Positions 37,466 through 50,013 are shown, counted from the whole stretch's first letter. The stretch is 63,212 bases of DNA, filler included, from Octopus bimaculoides (GCF_001194135.2; 7 parts of 6 records of this genome joined end to end with filler, not necessarily neighbours in it), one strand, 5' to 3'. Notes: a model not told the origin generated them from the sequence alone. Program-made: numbers and translations.

Positions 37466-37466
37466 A

Positions 37467-37891
37467 CCCTAAATCCTCGAGTATACTCCGCTCTTGAGTA
37501 TAATACGCAAGGGATTTTTAGGGGACTATACCTCTGAAAAACCTAAATATTGTGTATAATACACACCCCTTCTCTAACTTGAGTCAAGGAGGTCTATATA
37601 ACGTCCTTGGTTTGTAAACATATATACGGTAACGTCCTTTATTATTATTGCGTATATAACATAATGCAAACGTGTAGCTTTTTCGTGCACTTTGTTTGCA
37701 GAAAATAAAGAAATAACAGTAATAACGTCAGTGAAAAATAAATATTAAGTAAATTGCCTTTACATATTTATCACTTAGAAAATTTTGTTTAGAAAATATT
37801 TTTCATTTTTAACATCGTATATAATACGCACTAGGGATTTTGACCTTTAAATTGTGGGAAACAAGTGCGGAGTATACTCGGAGATTTACAG
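37467..37891. mobile_element. Non-autonomous Tc1/mariner-superfamily (pogo/Tc2-like) MITE, TA TSD
   Basis: TA|CCCTAAATCCTCGAGTATACTCCGC ... GCGGAGTATACTCGGAGATTTACAG|TA. Subterminal TATAATACGCA motifs at both ends. Confidence 0.7.
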
Positions 37892-37916
37892 TATATATAT
37901 GTATATATATATATAT

Positions 37917-38016
37917 NNNNNNNNNNNNNNNNNNNNNNNNNNNNNNNNNNNNNNNNNNNNTTAATTAATTAANNNNNNNNNNNNNNNNNNNNNNNNNNNN
38001 NNNNNNNNNNNNNNNN
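37917..38016. other. Artificial scaffold-joining spacer
   Basis: 44N-TTAATTAATTAA-44N. Confidence 0.95.
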
Positions 38017-38042
38017 TGGGGGAGAGAGACAGGAGGAGGGGG

Positions 38043-38250
38043 TTAGATGAAGAGTGGAGGGGAGTTGAGCCCATGTGGCGCAAAGGAGCGAAGATAGAAG
38101 ATTAATCCCTGTTCACGGCGCAAACGGGAGTCCGGATGGCCCCTGTGCATGGACAATCCAAACACAGACAGGTGTTGCCGCAATGAGTGGCCGGCAGAAC
38201 GGAAGTGGCGTGACACCGGGGTGTCATTGCCGACGTTGATATCTCGGATC
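38043..38250 (-). pseudogene. Penelope-like element GIY-YIG endonuclease C-terminus (5'-truncated)
   Basis: IRDINVGNDTPVSRHFRSAGHSLRQHLSVFGLSMHRGHPDSRLRREQGLIFYLRSFAPHGLNSPPLFI* matches the PLE tail (PVxRHF...HS...R..REQxLIFxL....PxGLN). Confidence 0.85.
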
Positions 38251-38285
38251 ACCTTGACCTTGACCAGTTCATATACATATATCGC

Positions 38286-38316
<31 letters not shown>

Positions 38317-40578
38317 TGTGTGAGAGAGGGAGTGAACAAACAAAAGAAAGTATCACTCAACATATTTGGCAGTTTTATTTAGTTTCAAATTAATTAAAGT
38401 TTCATGGGTGTGTAGGACAAGTCCATCTTATCAGAAATTTGGAGTCAAAGTGGAGAGAATTTAAAAAGATAGATCCAGGATAAATAACCCTAGTCAGATT
38501 ATTTACCCTAGAGACCCTGAAGAAATTTTAGGCAGCTACAGTCTGTTTGATTGGACACCTTTCTTTGCTGAATATTTTTTTCTTTGTACATATTTGCATT
38601 GTATTTTTCTATTGTTCAGCCATAGTTCGGATTCTATGTATCACACATTTTGTTCTCTACAAAAACAGACATTTTTTCTGCATGTTTCCTCCATGTTTGT
38701 ACTCTTGCATTGTTCATACAACTGTTTTGCCATGTTTCATTCTTCTGTGTCCTTCTATCGCACATGTACATTTCGCCCGCCTTCCTTTTGGTCAACCGTT
38801 TGCAGTCTAAGGGGGCCCTGTAGATGCAGTTACCTCCCCTGATGGTAGCTGCCTAAATAGCTTACCACAAAGTGGCACATGTAACTTTGAGGTTCCAGCA
38901 CTCAGTTCTTCCTCTTTGTCATTGTGTCAGCAAGGTGTGCAGACGTGACCTCGTTAGCTCTTGCACAGCAGATGCAACAGCTAACAGACACTGAGCAGAT
39001 ATGAGGTAGAATACACAGAAGCTGAATATGGCCTTCACTTGTAAACACTTTCCATGATTATTCAACTTGTATATATTTGTGACCTGGAGCAAAAGCATTT
39101 AAAAGTTACAGATTGGTTCTATGAATTCATTGTACAGTATTCCTTCATCGAATGGCATCTACTCCAGCCTTCTGAAAGGAGCTGTCATTAGATGGTTTCA
39201 CCATTTGAGACCATGACCATCTATAAATCCCCCCCACCTTCCCTACAGTTCAGGCTTATATGGGGATGATAGTATGACAATCTCAAGTCATATGAATGGC
39301 TACAATTGGAATATGTTCAGGAAAAATTGTATAAACTTTTCTATATAAAAAAAGGTATATAAAAAAATGTCTTTTGCACATTTTTAAGACTTAAAAAAAT
39401 GTATCTCTGATACAAGTAATTTAATGTATTTGAAATAATAACTTTTTGCAGAATTACTATGATTTAAATTCAACTAATTAGTCAACACCTATTTCATAGA
39501 CAAGGCTGAATATCCTTTTAATATTTCCTACATCTGCCACTCTACAAAATCCTCTAACAACTCTTCAACTCTTCTTGGAGGAACATGTGCTGCCAGGATT
39601 TATTTGCATAAAACTGGCAAAATTCTGACCAGTCAGCTGACATGAAGGGTCTAGAAGTGGAGAGAGAGAGGGAAAGAGAGAGAGAGAGAGGTGTCATAGT
39701 ATGTATGTAGCTGTGTGTTGGTTAGTGATAAGGCATTAGATGATAGGTCCAGTGAGGATAAAGGTTTGGTCAACTGATGTTACATCAACCTCAAATACTG
39801 ACTGCTAAATCTGTGATGAAATTATTTAGAGATTACATGGGTGTGTAGGACATGCCCACCTAATCAGATATCTGGAGACAGTGGAGAGAATTTAAGAGGA
39901 TAAATCAAGGATAAATAAACCTTTAACATTTAAAGATATAGAAATGTTAAGAAATATGTAAAATAATCTTCTGTTAACACAGTGGTAAATCTAGCAAAAG
40001 ATAATTGTAATGGCATCATAACAGAGTGGGTTACAGTAAATACATGGTTGAAGTCCTTCAAGTGACTTACTGCTCCTTTTCTTTCAATCCAAGGTATTTT
40101 TTTAGTGTTATGTATTATGAGCTTAGTTTCTTTCTGTCTACCAGTTGAGTCATCAGGCTTCAGATATAATAGAATACACTTACTCAAGGTGTCACACAGT
40201 GGGACTGAACTCAAAATCACACAGCTGTGCTTGTGCACTCAAAGCATCTAAATGAATTCTATGAAAGATATTATTTCTAGATTTGTTCTAGAATATCATT
40301 TGGAGTTTCATGATCAGTATGAGTGAGAGTCTGGTTAAAATTGCACCAAACAGGACTGAACCATATTAACATCACAACCTATCAGTTATAAGACCTGTAT
40401 GTTTTACCTGACACTACAAACCCCTAAAGTACTTTCCAGTTGGGGAAAATAATTTCTGATACAGAATACACTTTAAGGATATAGCTTCCAGTGAAAAAAG
40501 TTCCTTTTCCTCTTACTATTTCACTTTCTTTTTGTTTCTTTCCCCTCTTCATCTCTCGAGAAAATAGATGCAAACCAC

Positions 40579-40616
<38 letters not shown>

Positions 40617-41109
40617 CGCGTGTGTTTATGTATGTATGTATGTATGTAAACATCAGAGATATTGGCTGTTTGGTGCTGATAACTGCAGACATTTGTATGT
40701 ATAATGTGAGGTGGAGGGGAATAAATGTTGAAGAAATAAAGTATTGAAACAACGAAGTAAAGTTAAAAAAAGATGAAGACTTGAAAGGAAATAGTTCGAT
40801 TAAATCTAATAACATTAGGTTATGTAGAGACATAACAGAAGACTGAAATGTTTAGAAAATTGCTATTGTGAGCAAGTATCCAATTCATACCAACAAGAAG
40901 AAAGAAACTAAACAATAACAACAACCATCATTACCAGCGATGCTATCATCATTATTCTCAAAAGTTTTCCTAACATCTCCAGATATCAATAACTTCCTTA
41001 TTCATGCAATCACATTAAAAGACAAGTCTCTTAATGATACACCAACCACTCGAAACACTATAGTTTTCACAAACCTGACACCTTTTCTAGTAATTCAAAT
41101 TAAACTCAC

Positions 41110-41246
41110 CTGGCAGGTATGTATTCATCTTCTTCTTCATCTGCTTTGATTTCCCAGACCCGACAACCTCCAGCCCAACTACTGATATTTAAAACAACAA
41201 GGCCTTCCAATTTGGGGAGATTGATTTTTTTACCATCTAATTCAAC
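41110..41246 (-). CDS. DGKE: Internal exon of diacylglycerol kinase epsilon-like gene (accessory catalytic subdomain)
   Basis: Acceptor ttttcctacAG, 137-nt exon VELDGKKINLPKLEGLVVLNISSWAGGCRVWEIKADEEEDEYIPA(R), donor GTGAGT, phase 0 to 2. ELDG..xLPxLEGxxVLNIxxWxGGCRxW is the DGK-epsilon signature as I recall it. Flanking exons were not found in the window. Confidence 0.88.
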
Positions 41247-41689
41247 CTGTAGGAAAAAAAACGGAAAACAACACTATTAGATATTTTATAGCATTTTATT
41301 TTCTCTGAAGAAAACTCACTCACCTGTGTAAAGTCTGGCAAGACAGAAACATTAAAATAACAGAAATTAAAATGTATATTGTACCTGCATTGAATCATTC
41401 ATTCATTCATTATATTCTCTTTAAGTCTCCATCCACTGCTGCCCTCTCATTTCTCACTCTCTCTCTTTTCCTCCACAATCATCTTTATCACTCAGCTTTA
41501 CTCTTTTAGTTGTCTCCCATGAACACTTCTAAAGGCTTCACACCACCCCCACCCTTACTTAGGGTTTATCTCCTCCTATGTAGGGTAGTGATCATATAGT
41601 GCAAAAATATGATAGTGTAGTGTATGCAGGTTGAATTGAAGGCTACTGCTTGTTTATGAATTCTGCCAAATGTGAGATTTCTTTTCAGG

Positions 41690-44681
41690 CACATGACATT
41701 GCTGACCCCCGTCTCAGGGTCTCATGGGCCCATACCTCCCACACCCTCAGGGTTGGCACTCTCAACGTCGGCACACTGAAAGGTAGGTCCGGTGAGATTG
41801 TTGAGATGCTTGAATGGAGATGTGTCGATATCTGCTGCATCAAAGAAGTAAGGTGGAGAGAAGGTTCCGCTAAGTTCCTCACAGGCAAAGAACACAGGTA
41901 CAAGATTTTCTGGGCAGGGAACACAGACGAGGTCAAAGGCGTGGGTATACTTCTTGCAGACAAATGGGTGGATAAGGTAATCGAGGTAGTCAGAGTATGT
42001 GATAGAATACTTAAGATTAGATTAATCCTTCATCATAGGTTAGCAACCATTATCTCGACCTATGCCCCTCAGCCAGGGCTACCCGATGGACAGAAAGACC
42101 GATTTTATGACACCATCTTGCACACTACCTTGTTGATGAATGACAGGGACCTTCACTTTGTGGCTGGTGACTTCAATGGAAATATTGGACAACATTCAGG
42201 GGGTTTCCATGGCGTACATAAAAGCTATGGTTTGGTTCCTGCAATGAGGAGGGAATCAGGCTGCTGGAGTTCTGTGATGCAAATGACCTTATGGTTTGCA
42301 ATACTAACTTCAGGAAACCTGCCAGTCACCTAGTCACCTACCATTCTGGCAGACACACTAGCCAAATTGACTACATCCTTGCCAAAAAAAGGGAAAGATG
42401 GCTGCTTATAAATGCCAAAACCTTCCCAGGCGAAGAATGTACTCCACAACACAGACTAGTAGTTAGTGACTCAGGATCAGGGCTAAGTGGTTGCCCAGAA
42501 GACGACCAGCATGGAGGAGAAGGGTCTGGAAACTTAAGGATCCTGTGAATGGGCAGAGATTTAGAGACATATTACTCAAAGCCTTTGACAAAACAAGGGG
42601 ATATAGCTTCAAACGATGTAGATGACAACTGGAGGTATCTATGGGACGACCTGCTGAGGGCCACTGACCAGATCTGTGGATGGTGCAAAGTCCCCTCTCA
42701 ACCCAAAATAACGTGGTGGTGGAACAATGTTGTTGACAGGGCTATTAGACAAAAGAAAGAGGCTTGGAAGGACTGGAAAAACGGTGGTACCTGACTTTCA
42801 TCGACATGGAGAAAGCCTTTGACAGGGTCCCTTGTTCCCTTATCTAGTGGTCAATGAAGAAATTAGGGATAGAAGAATGGTTAGTGAGAGCTGTGCGAGC
42901 CATGTACAGGGACGCTGTCAGTAAGGTGAGGGTTAGCAACGAGTACAGTGAAGAATTCCAGGTAGAGGTAGGGTCCACCAAGGTTCAGTCCTCAGCCCCC
43001 TCCTATTTATCATAGTCCTCCAGGTAATAACTCAGGAATTCAAGACAGGATGCCCCTGGGAGCTCCTCTATACTGATGATCTTGCGCTAATTGCTGAGTC
43101 ACTATCAGAACTAGAGGAGAAGTTTCAGATGTGGAAGCAAGGACTAGAATCGAAGGGCCTTAGAGTCAACCTAGCTAAAACCAAAGTCCTAATAAGTAGG
43201 AAGACAAAACACAAACCCCTTCAGGTAGATGGCACTGCTCGATCTGTCGAAAAGGCGTAGGTAGAAACTCTATAAGATGCACCCAGTGGAAGCTATGGAC
43301 ACATAAGAGGTGCAGCAATATCAAGGGAAGGCTAACTCGCAAGATAGTAGTTGATAGCTTCCATTATCTAGGTGACCAAGTTAGTAGTGGGGGAGGGTGC
43401 GCTGAAAGTGTAGCTGCAAGAATAAGAATAGCCTGGGCAAATTCAGAGAGCTCTTACCTCTGCTGGTGACAAAGGGCCTCTCACTCAGAGTAAAAGGCAC
43501 ACTATATATCGCATGTGTACGATCAGTCATGCTACATGTCAGTGAAACATGGGCTGTGACTGCTGAGGACATGTGTAAGCTCACAAGAAATGAAGCCAGT
43601 ATGCTCCGATGGATGTGTAATGTCAGTGTGCATACTTGACAGAGTCTAAGTACCTTGAGAGAAAAGTTGGACCTAAGAAGCATCAGTTGTGGTGTGCAAG
43701 AGAGATGATTGCGCTGGTATGGTCATGTAGCGAGAGTGGATGAGGATAGCTGTGTGAAAAAGTGCCACACTCTAGCGGTTGAGGGAACCTGTGGGAAAGG
43801 TAGACCCAGGAAGACCTGGGATGAGGTGGTGAAGTACAACCTTTGAACATTAGGCCTCACCGAGGCAATGATTAGTGACCAAGACCTTTGGAAATATGCA
43901 GTGCACAAGAAGACCCAGCTAGCCAATTGAGACCATAATCTGAGGCCTCTGCCAGGGTATAGCCAGCCCACTTATGCGTACCTTTCCTTCATTGGACACT
44001 AAACTCTGCTTGCAAAGATCTGTTGAGGCAAATGAAATTGAAATCGAACCAAATTCGATGACTGGCACCCATGACAACTTCTCCTTCATTGNNNNNNNNN
44101 NCAAATGAAATTGAAATCGAACCAAATTCGATGACTGGCACCCATGACAACTTCTCCTTCATTGGACACTAAACTCTGCTTGTGAAGACCTGTTGGGGCA
44201 AGTGAAATCGAAATCGTAATTGAACCAAATTTGATGATTGGCACCTGTACCAGTTGAGCGCTAAGTGCACCGTCCAAGTGTGATCATTGCCAGAGCAGCT
44301 GTCTGGCTTCCGTGCCAGTCGCACATAAATAGCACCATTTGAGCATGATCGTTACCAGCATAGCGTTACTGGCATGTGAAAAAACATTCGAGCAAGGTCG
44401 TTGCCAGTGTCGCTAGACTGGCTCCTGTGCAGGTGGCATGTAAAATACACCATTTTGAGTGTGCCCGTTGTCAGTACCGCCTGACTGGCCCTTGTGCCAG
44501 TGGCATGTAAAAGCACCCACTACACTCTCAGAGTTGTTGGTGTTAGGAAGGGCATCCAGCTGTAGAAACTCTGCCAGATCAGATTGGAGCCTGGTGCAGC
44601 CATCTGGTTCGCCAGTCCTCAGTCAAATCATCCAACCCATGCTAGCATGGAAAGTGGATGTTAAACAACGATGATGATGAT
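41690..44681 (+). mobile_element. Decayed near-full-length RTE LINE (APE endonuclease + RT + 3' UTR + (GAT)n tail)
   Basis: RVGTLNVGTL...DICCIKEVRW...VAGDFNG...SQIDYIL...QHRLVV; FIDMEKAFDRVP; LYTDDL; GRPRKTWDEVV. Many stops and frameshifts and at least two internal deletions. Tail ...GTTAAACAACGATGATGATGAT. Confidence 0.95.
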
Positions 44682-44683
44682 AT

Positions 44684-45020
44684 ATCATTATCATCTAACG
44701 CCCACTTTCCATGCTAGCATGGGTTAGACGATTTGACTGGGGCCTGGTGAACCAGATGGCTACACCAGGCTCCAATCTGAGTTTCTACAGCTGGATGCCC
44801 TTCCTAACGCCAACCACTCCGAGAGTGTAGTGGGCGCTTTTTACGTGCCACCGGCACGAGGGCCAGCCCGGCGATACTGGCAACGGTTAAGCTCAAATGG
44901 TGTTTTTTACGTGCCACTTGCACAGGAGTCAATCCAATGTTTCGTTCACATGTCACTGGCACAGGTGTCAGTAAGGCGAAGCTGGAAACGATAGCGCTCA
45001 AATGGTGCTTTTTACATGAC
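44684..45020 (-). mobile_element. RTE 3'-UTR fragment, tail-to-tail with the preceding element
   Basis: Reverse complement of ~44350-44680; the two meet at a (GAT)/(ATC) tract. Confidence 0.85.
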
Positions 45021-46119
45021 ACACACATACATACATACACACAGATATGGTCAGGTAGGGTGTAAAGTTAGAGTATTTCCAGAGAAGCACTTGACTGAAT
45101 ACTAGGCTATCAACACTATTGGGTTCTAGTCCAAAGCCAGAATTTCTCAGGTGTAGAAAATCCAAGTTTCACAACGATTATATCATAAAGTGGGTTTAGC
45201 AAAGAGTAAATAATCCAATGAAAAAAGAAGACAAAGAAAATTCTTTAACACATCTTTAATGATTCATTATAATTGGCTCTATTTGCAATCCAGTTTACAC
45301 AAAAATTCTAAATGAAAATTCATGTGATGTTTGCAGTTTTAGACATGAGAGGCACTTCATCAGACTAACATCAAAGGAGTGTTTGTCACATCGTGTGTCT
45401 TTCAGACCTTGTTTGGTTTATATCAGGAGGAAATAAAAAAGGGAAAAATATAAAGTGTGGATATGGGATGAGTAAGTGGGGTAGAGATTATGTAGGTGGT
45501 GGGGGAATGAAGAAGAAGAAGAAGAAGAAGAAGAAGAAGAAGAAGAAGACAAAGAAGAAGAAGAAGAAGAGGCAAGGCTATATATATAAATGGCAAAAAT
45601 GGTTTATCTTAGCATATATGCATGGTCAGTCAGTACAAACTGTTGCACTATTATTGAAATTTGTCTGATGGGTGAAAATTTATTTGACCACCAGACAATG
45701 TTCTCCAGTGACAATTGAAAGTGAAAAAATTTATTAAATAAATAACTTGACAATTGTCCCCCACCCCGAATCAAATAAGGATATTTATGATGCTTGCAGT
45801 GGGGGAGTGGAGTGGTCAGTGGTAGGATAGCATAAATTGCCTCCCAGCTAGCAGACCTACTTTGTGACCCTGGAGTGTGTAGGCAAGGAAATAGAGATGT
45901 AAAGAGGAACAGAAAGAGACAAAGAAAGAGAAGAGGAGGGGGAACTGTAAAGGGGACAGTATTGGTCTGAAAGTTGAAGCAGAAGTAAATAATTTAGAAT
46001 TTAATTTAATTAAAGAGTGACCAGGAGAATTCTAAACTATAGAAGTGATACAGGAATGGCTAAATAAAAAAAAAATATATAAAAACAGAAAAATACTTAG
46101 TAATACATGTGTGTATATA

Positions 46120-46540
46120 TATATTTACAGCTGGATACCTTTCCTAACACCGACCACCTTACAAAGTGGACTGAGTGCTTTTTACATGGCACCACCACTG
46201 GTGAAGCCTGTTTTGGTATGGCTTTTACAGCTAGATGCCCTTCCAAACACTAACCAGTGTGGACTGGATGCACCAACACTGGCAAGGTCATCAAGTAACT
46301 TGCAAGACTAAGATCCTTTGAGAGTAGGGAGCATGTATACACACATTTCACCAATCACAGCATTCCCCATCCCAAACTTGTTGCATTTATGTGAATTCCC
46401 TACACCAATTCATGCACCCATGGCAATACTCTACCATCCCATTTATATTCTGATCCCTGTACATCGAGGGTATGCCCTGGCACTTCATCACCATCTCTCT
46501 TGCACTCTCACCCTCTTGCTCACTTTCACATTCTCTCTAA
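46120..46540. repeat. RTE-tail-related repeat plus a block shared (inverted) with 51850-52075
   Basis: 46120-46320 resembles 51380-51590. 46380-46540 is the reverse complement of 51850-52075. Confidence 0.65.
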
Positions 46541-46543
46541 TTC

Positions 46544-49500
46544 CAGGCTCCAATCTGATCTGGCAAGGTTTCTACAGCTGGATGCCTTTCCTAATGCCAA
46601 TCACTCAAAGAGTAAAGTGGCTGCTTTTTACATACCACCGGCACAGGAGCCATTCTAGGGGTTCTGGTATTGAATGTGTTTGGATGATGCTTTTTACATG
46701 CTATAGGCACAGGAGCCAGTCGGTGGGCACTGGCATCAACCATATTTGCATGGTGCTTTTTATGTGCCACCAGCACAGGGAGCCAATCAGGCAGCACTAG
46801 CATCTCAGGGTGCTTACACTCTGTTGTGTGTGCACACTGCCATTACACATCCAACGGATCATCTTAGCTTCATTTCTTTCAAGCCTACACATGTCCTCAG
46901 CAGTCATGGCCCATGTTTCACTGCCATATAGCATGGCAGTTTGCACACATGCATCATAAAGTCTACCTTTCACTCTGAGTGAGAGGCTCTTAGTTGCCAG
47001 CAAAAGTTGGAGCTTTCTGAACTTTGCCCAGGCTATTTTTACTCTAGCCGTTACACTCTCAGAGTATCCAGCACCACTACAGACTTGGTTGGCTAGGTAG
47101 TAGAAGCTATCAACTACTTCTAGTTTTTCCCCCTGACATGTGATGGATTCTGTTTTCTGTACATCTTCGATGTTTATTGCCCCTGTGCATCTGCCACATA
47201 AAAACTTCCCGGTTAATCTTCCTTTGATATTGCTGCACCTTTTATGTGTCCATAGCTTATACCAGGTACATCTTACGGAGTTTCTACCTATGCCTTTTCT
47301 ACAGATCGAGCAGGGCCATCTATCTAAAGGGATTAGTGATTTGTCTGCCTTTCTACTTATTAGGACTTTGGTTTTTGCTAGGTTGATTCTAAGGCCCTTC
47401 AATTCTAGACCTTGCTTCCACACCTGAAACTTCAACTCTAGTTCTGGTAGTGACTCATCTATTAGAGCAAGGTCATCAGCATAGTGGAGCACCCAGGGCA
47501 GCCTGTCTTGAATTCCTCTGTTATTGCCTGGATGATTGTAACGAATAAGAGGGGGCTGAGGGCTGATCCTTGGTGAACCCCTACTTCTACCCGAAATTCT
47601 TCACTATACTCATTGCCAACACTCACCTTACTCACAGCATCCCTGTGCAGGGCTTGTACAGCTCTTACCAACCACTCGTCTATCCCTAGTTTCTGCACTG
47701 ACCACCAGATAAGGGATTGGGGGACTCTGCCAAAGGCTTTCTCTAAGTCAACAAAAGCCAAGTTTAGGGGTTTATCTTTGGCCAAGTATTTCTCTTGCAG
47801 TTGCCTTACCAGAAATGTAGCGTCAGTGGTGCTTCTACCTGGCACAAAACCAAACTTCATCTCATCTAGGCTAACTCTCTCCCTAATTAATTGAGCTATG
47901 AAGCTCTCCATAAATCCCATCACCTGTAGTTATTTCTACCTAAAGCATCCCCTTTACCTTGTTGACAATGGTGCTGTTATACCAGTTATTGGTATGACTC
48001 GATCGTGAACTACCTGATTTACGATACTGATGACTAGACCATAACCCACACCACCAGATATTTTAAGCATCTCAGTGGTGATTCCTGAAGAGCCGGTGGG
48101 AGGGGCTTTCCCTGCTTTCATATCCTTAATTACTTTATCTACCAGACTACTGTCGATTCGGGTAGCTGGTCCCTCAATTGGATCAATGTTTGGCAGATTC
48201 TCCTCCCATTCATTCTCCATGCTCAGCAGTCTTTCATAATGGCATCTCCAAGCTTCTTTCTCTGCAAAATCATTAAAAGCAAGTGCACTATCATCTATGT
48301 GGACACATTCTCTCCAATGACATCACAATTTTCTCTCACACATTGTCTTGCAATCCGAAATACTTCAGTTCTTTGGTCCTTCTGTCACTGAACATTGGCA
48401 AACTTATTCTTTTCTGCTTCTCCCTTGGCTATATATACCTGTCTCCTAGCTTCCCTTCTGACTATTTGATACAGTTCCCTGCTACCCCCACTCTTCCAAG
48501 CCTGTTTCTTTGCTCTAATGGCCCTGTCTACAGTATTGTTCCACCACCATGTTACCATAGGTCTGGAAGGGACTTTGCACCAGCCACAGATGTGTGGTGC
48601 TCAGCAAGATGTCTTGCAGGGATTCTCAGTTGCCTTCTATGTCCTCCTCCGTCTCATCAAATTTCTCAATGAGGATGTCCCTAAATCTCTGACCATGTGA
48701 AGGGTTCTTAAGATTACAGATCCTTCTTTTCCAGATCGGTCTGCTTCTTGGCATCCTTCTGGCCTCGAGTCTAAAGTCACTAATGACTAGTCTATGCTGG
48801 AGGGGGTACATTCTTCACCAAGAAGGGTCTTTGTATTTAAGAGCAATTATGCATCCCACTGTCTGGTGAGAATGAAATCAATCTGGCTAGCAGAGTCACC
48901 TGATTGATAGGTTATCAGCTGACAGACTGGCTTCCTGAAGTTGGTGTTGCAGTTTAATAGGTTATTTGCATCACAGAACTGCAGGAGCCTAGTTTTTTCT
49001 TCATTTAGGGAACTAATTCCATAGCCCCCATGTACACCATGGAAGATACCAAGTTGCCATTTGACATGCCCATTAAAATCTCCAACCACAAACATAAAAC
49101 CATTATCACTCATCTTTGAGGTAATTGCAGAAGAATATCATAATAGTGGTTCTTCTGTTCATTTGGTAGATCCACTTGTGGAGCGTACGCAGAGATAATT
49201 GTAGCTATACTATTCTGCAAGACTAGCCTGAGTTTAAGCACTCTATCGGAACACTCTGACTACCTCCATGAACTTATCCACCCATTTCTCTACAAGAAGT
49301 ATGGCTGGCCACACCCCCTACTCTGTTACTTACCTTCTAAGAAGAGTTTATACCTATGTGTCTTGCCTGTGAGGACCCTGGCTGAAGCTCCTCTCCACCT
49401 TACCTCTTGTATGCAGCATACATCAACATGCCTCTGTTCATGCATCTCTACAATCTTGCTAGACCTATATTTCAATGTGCCTGCATTTACAGTGCCAACT

Positions 49501-49560
49501 CTGAAAACTGGAAAAGGGATGTAGGAGGGAACGTAGGAAGGAGAGCTGTTATTCAGCACC
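46544..49560 (-). mobile_element. Decayed near-full-length RTE LINE
   Basis: RVGTVNAGTL...DVCCIQEVRW; VVGDFNG; SQIDFIL; FGFVPGRSTTDATF; AFVDLEKAF; GVHQGSALSPLLF; YADDL; YGSETW. Many stops and frameshifts. Confidence 0.95.
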
Positions 49561-50013
49561 TGAAAAGGTTAACATGATCGCTTGATAGACATGTCACATT
49601 GGTTGTTCTTGCATTTAACCTATCATCATTCAAACATGTCAAAATTGTTAAAATTGTTGCCCCCACTGGTAGTGGGGTGTAAGGAAACGTAAATGAATGT
49701 GTTTTGGGTGTTGTAAATATAAACATTATGAATATTGTAGATTTAAGCATTACTGGTGCTGCAGGTATAAATAAAAATAAATATAATATAAGTATAAGTA
49801 TACCAATGTTACATTAAATAAGTAAGTGGGCTGCTATCTGATTGGGTTAGTCCAGAGAGAGAGACAAAGGGGAGGGGGGGTGAGATTACCAATATAAGAG
49901 AGTAGACTACCAGTACGGGAGAAGGGATTTCCAGTAAGAGCAACGGGATGTCTGGTAAGAGGAATGAGATTTTTAGTATTTGTGGTGGAAGCGTGAAACG
50001 GTGGGTGCAACCA

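Noticed and set aside
44028-44165. Exact ~63-bp duplication around a 10-N gap
   Set aside because: Typical unmerged contig overlap.
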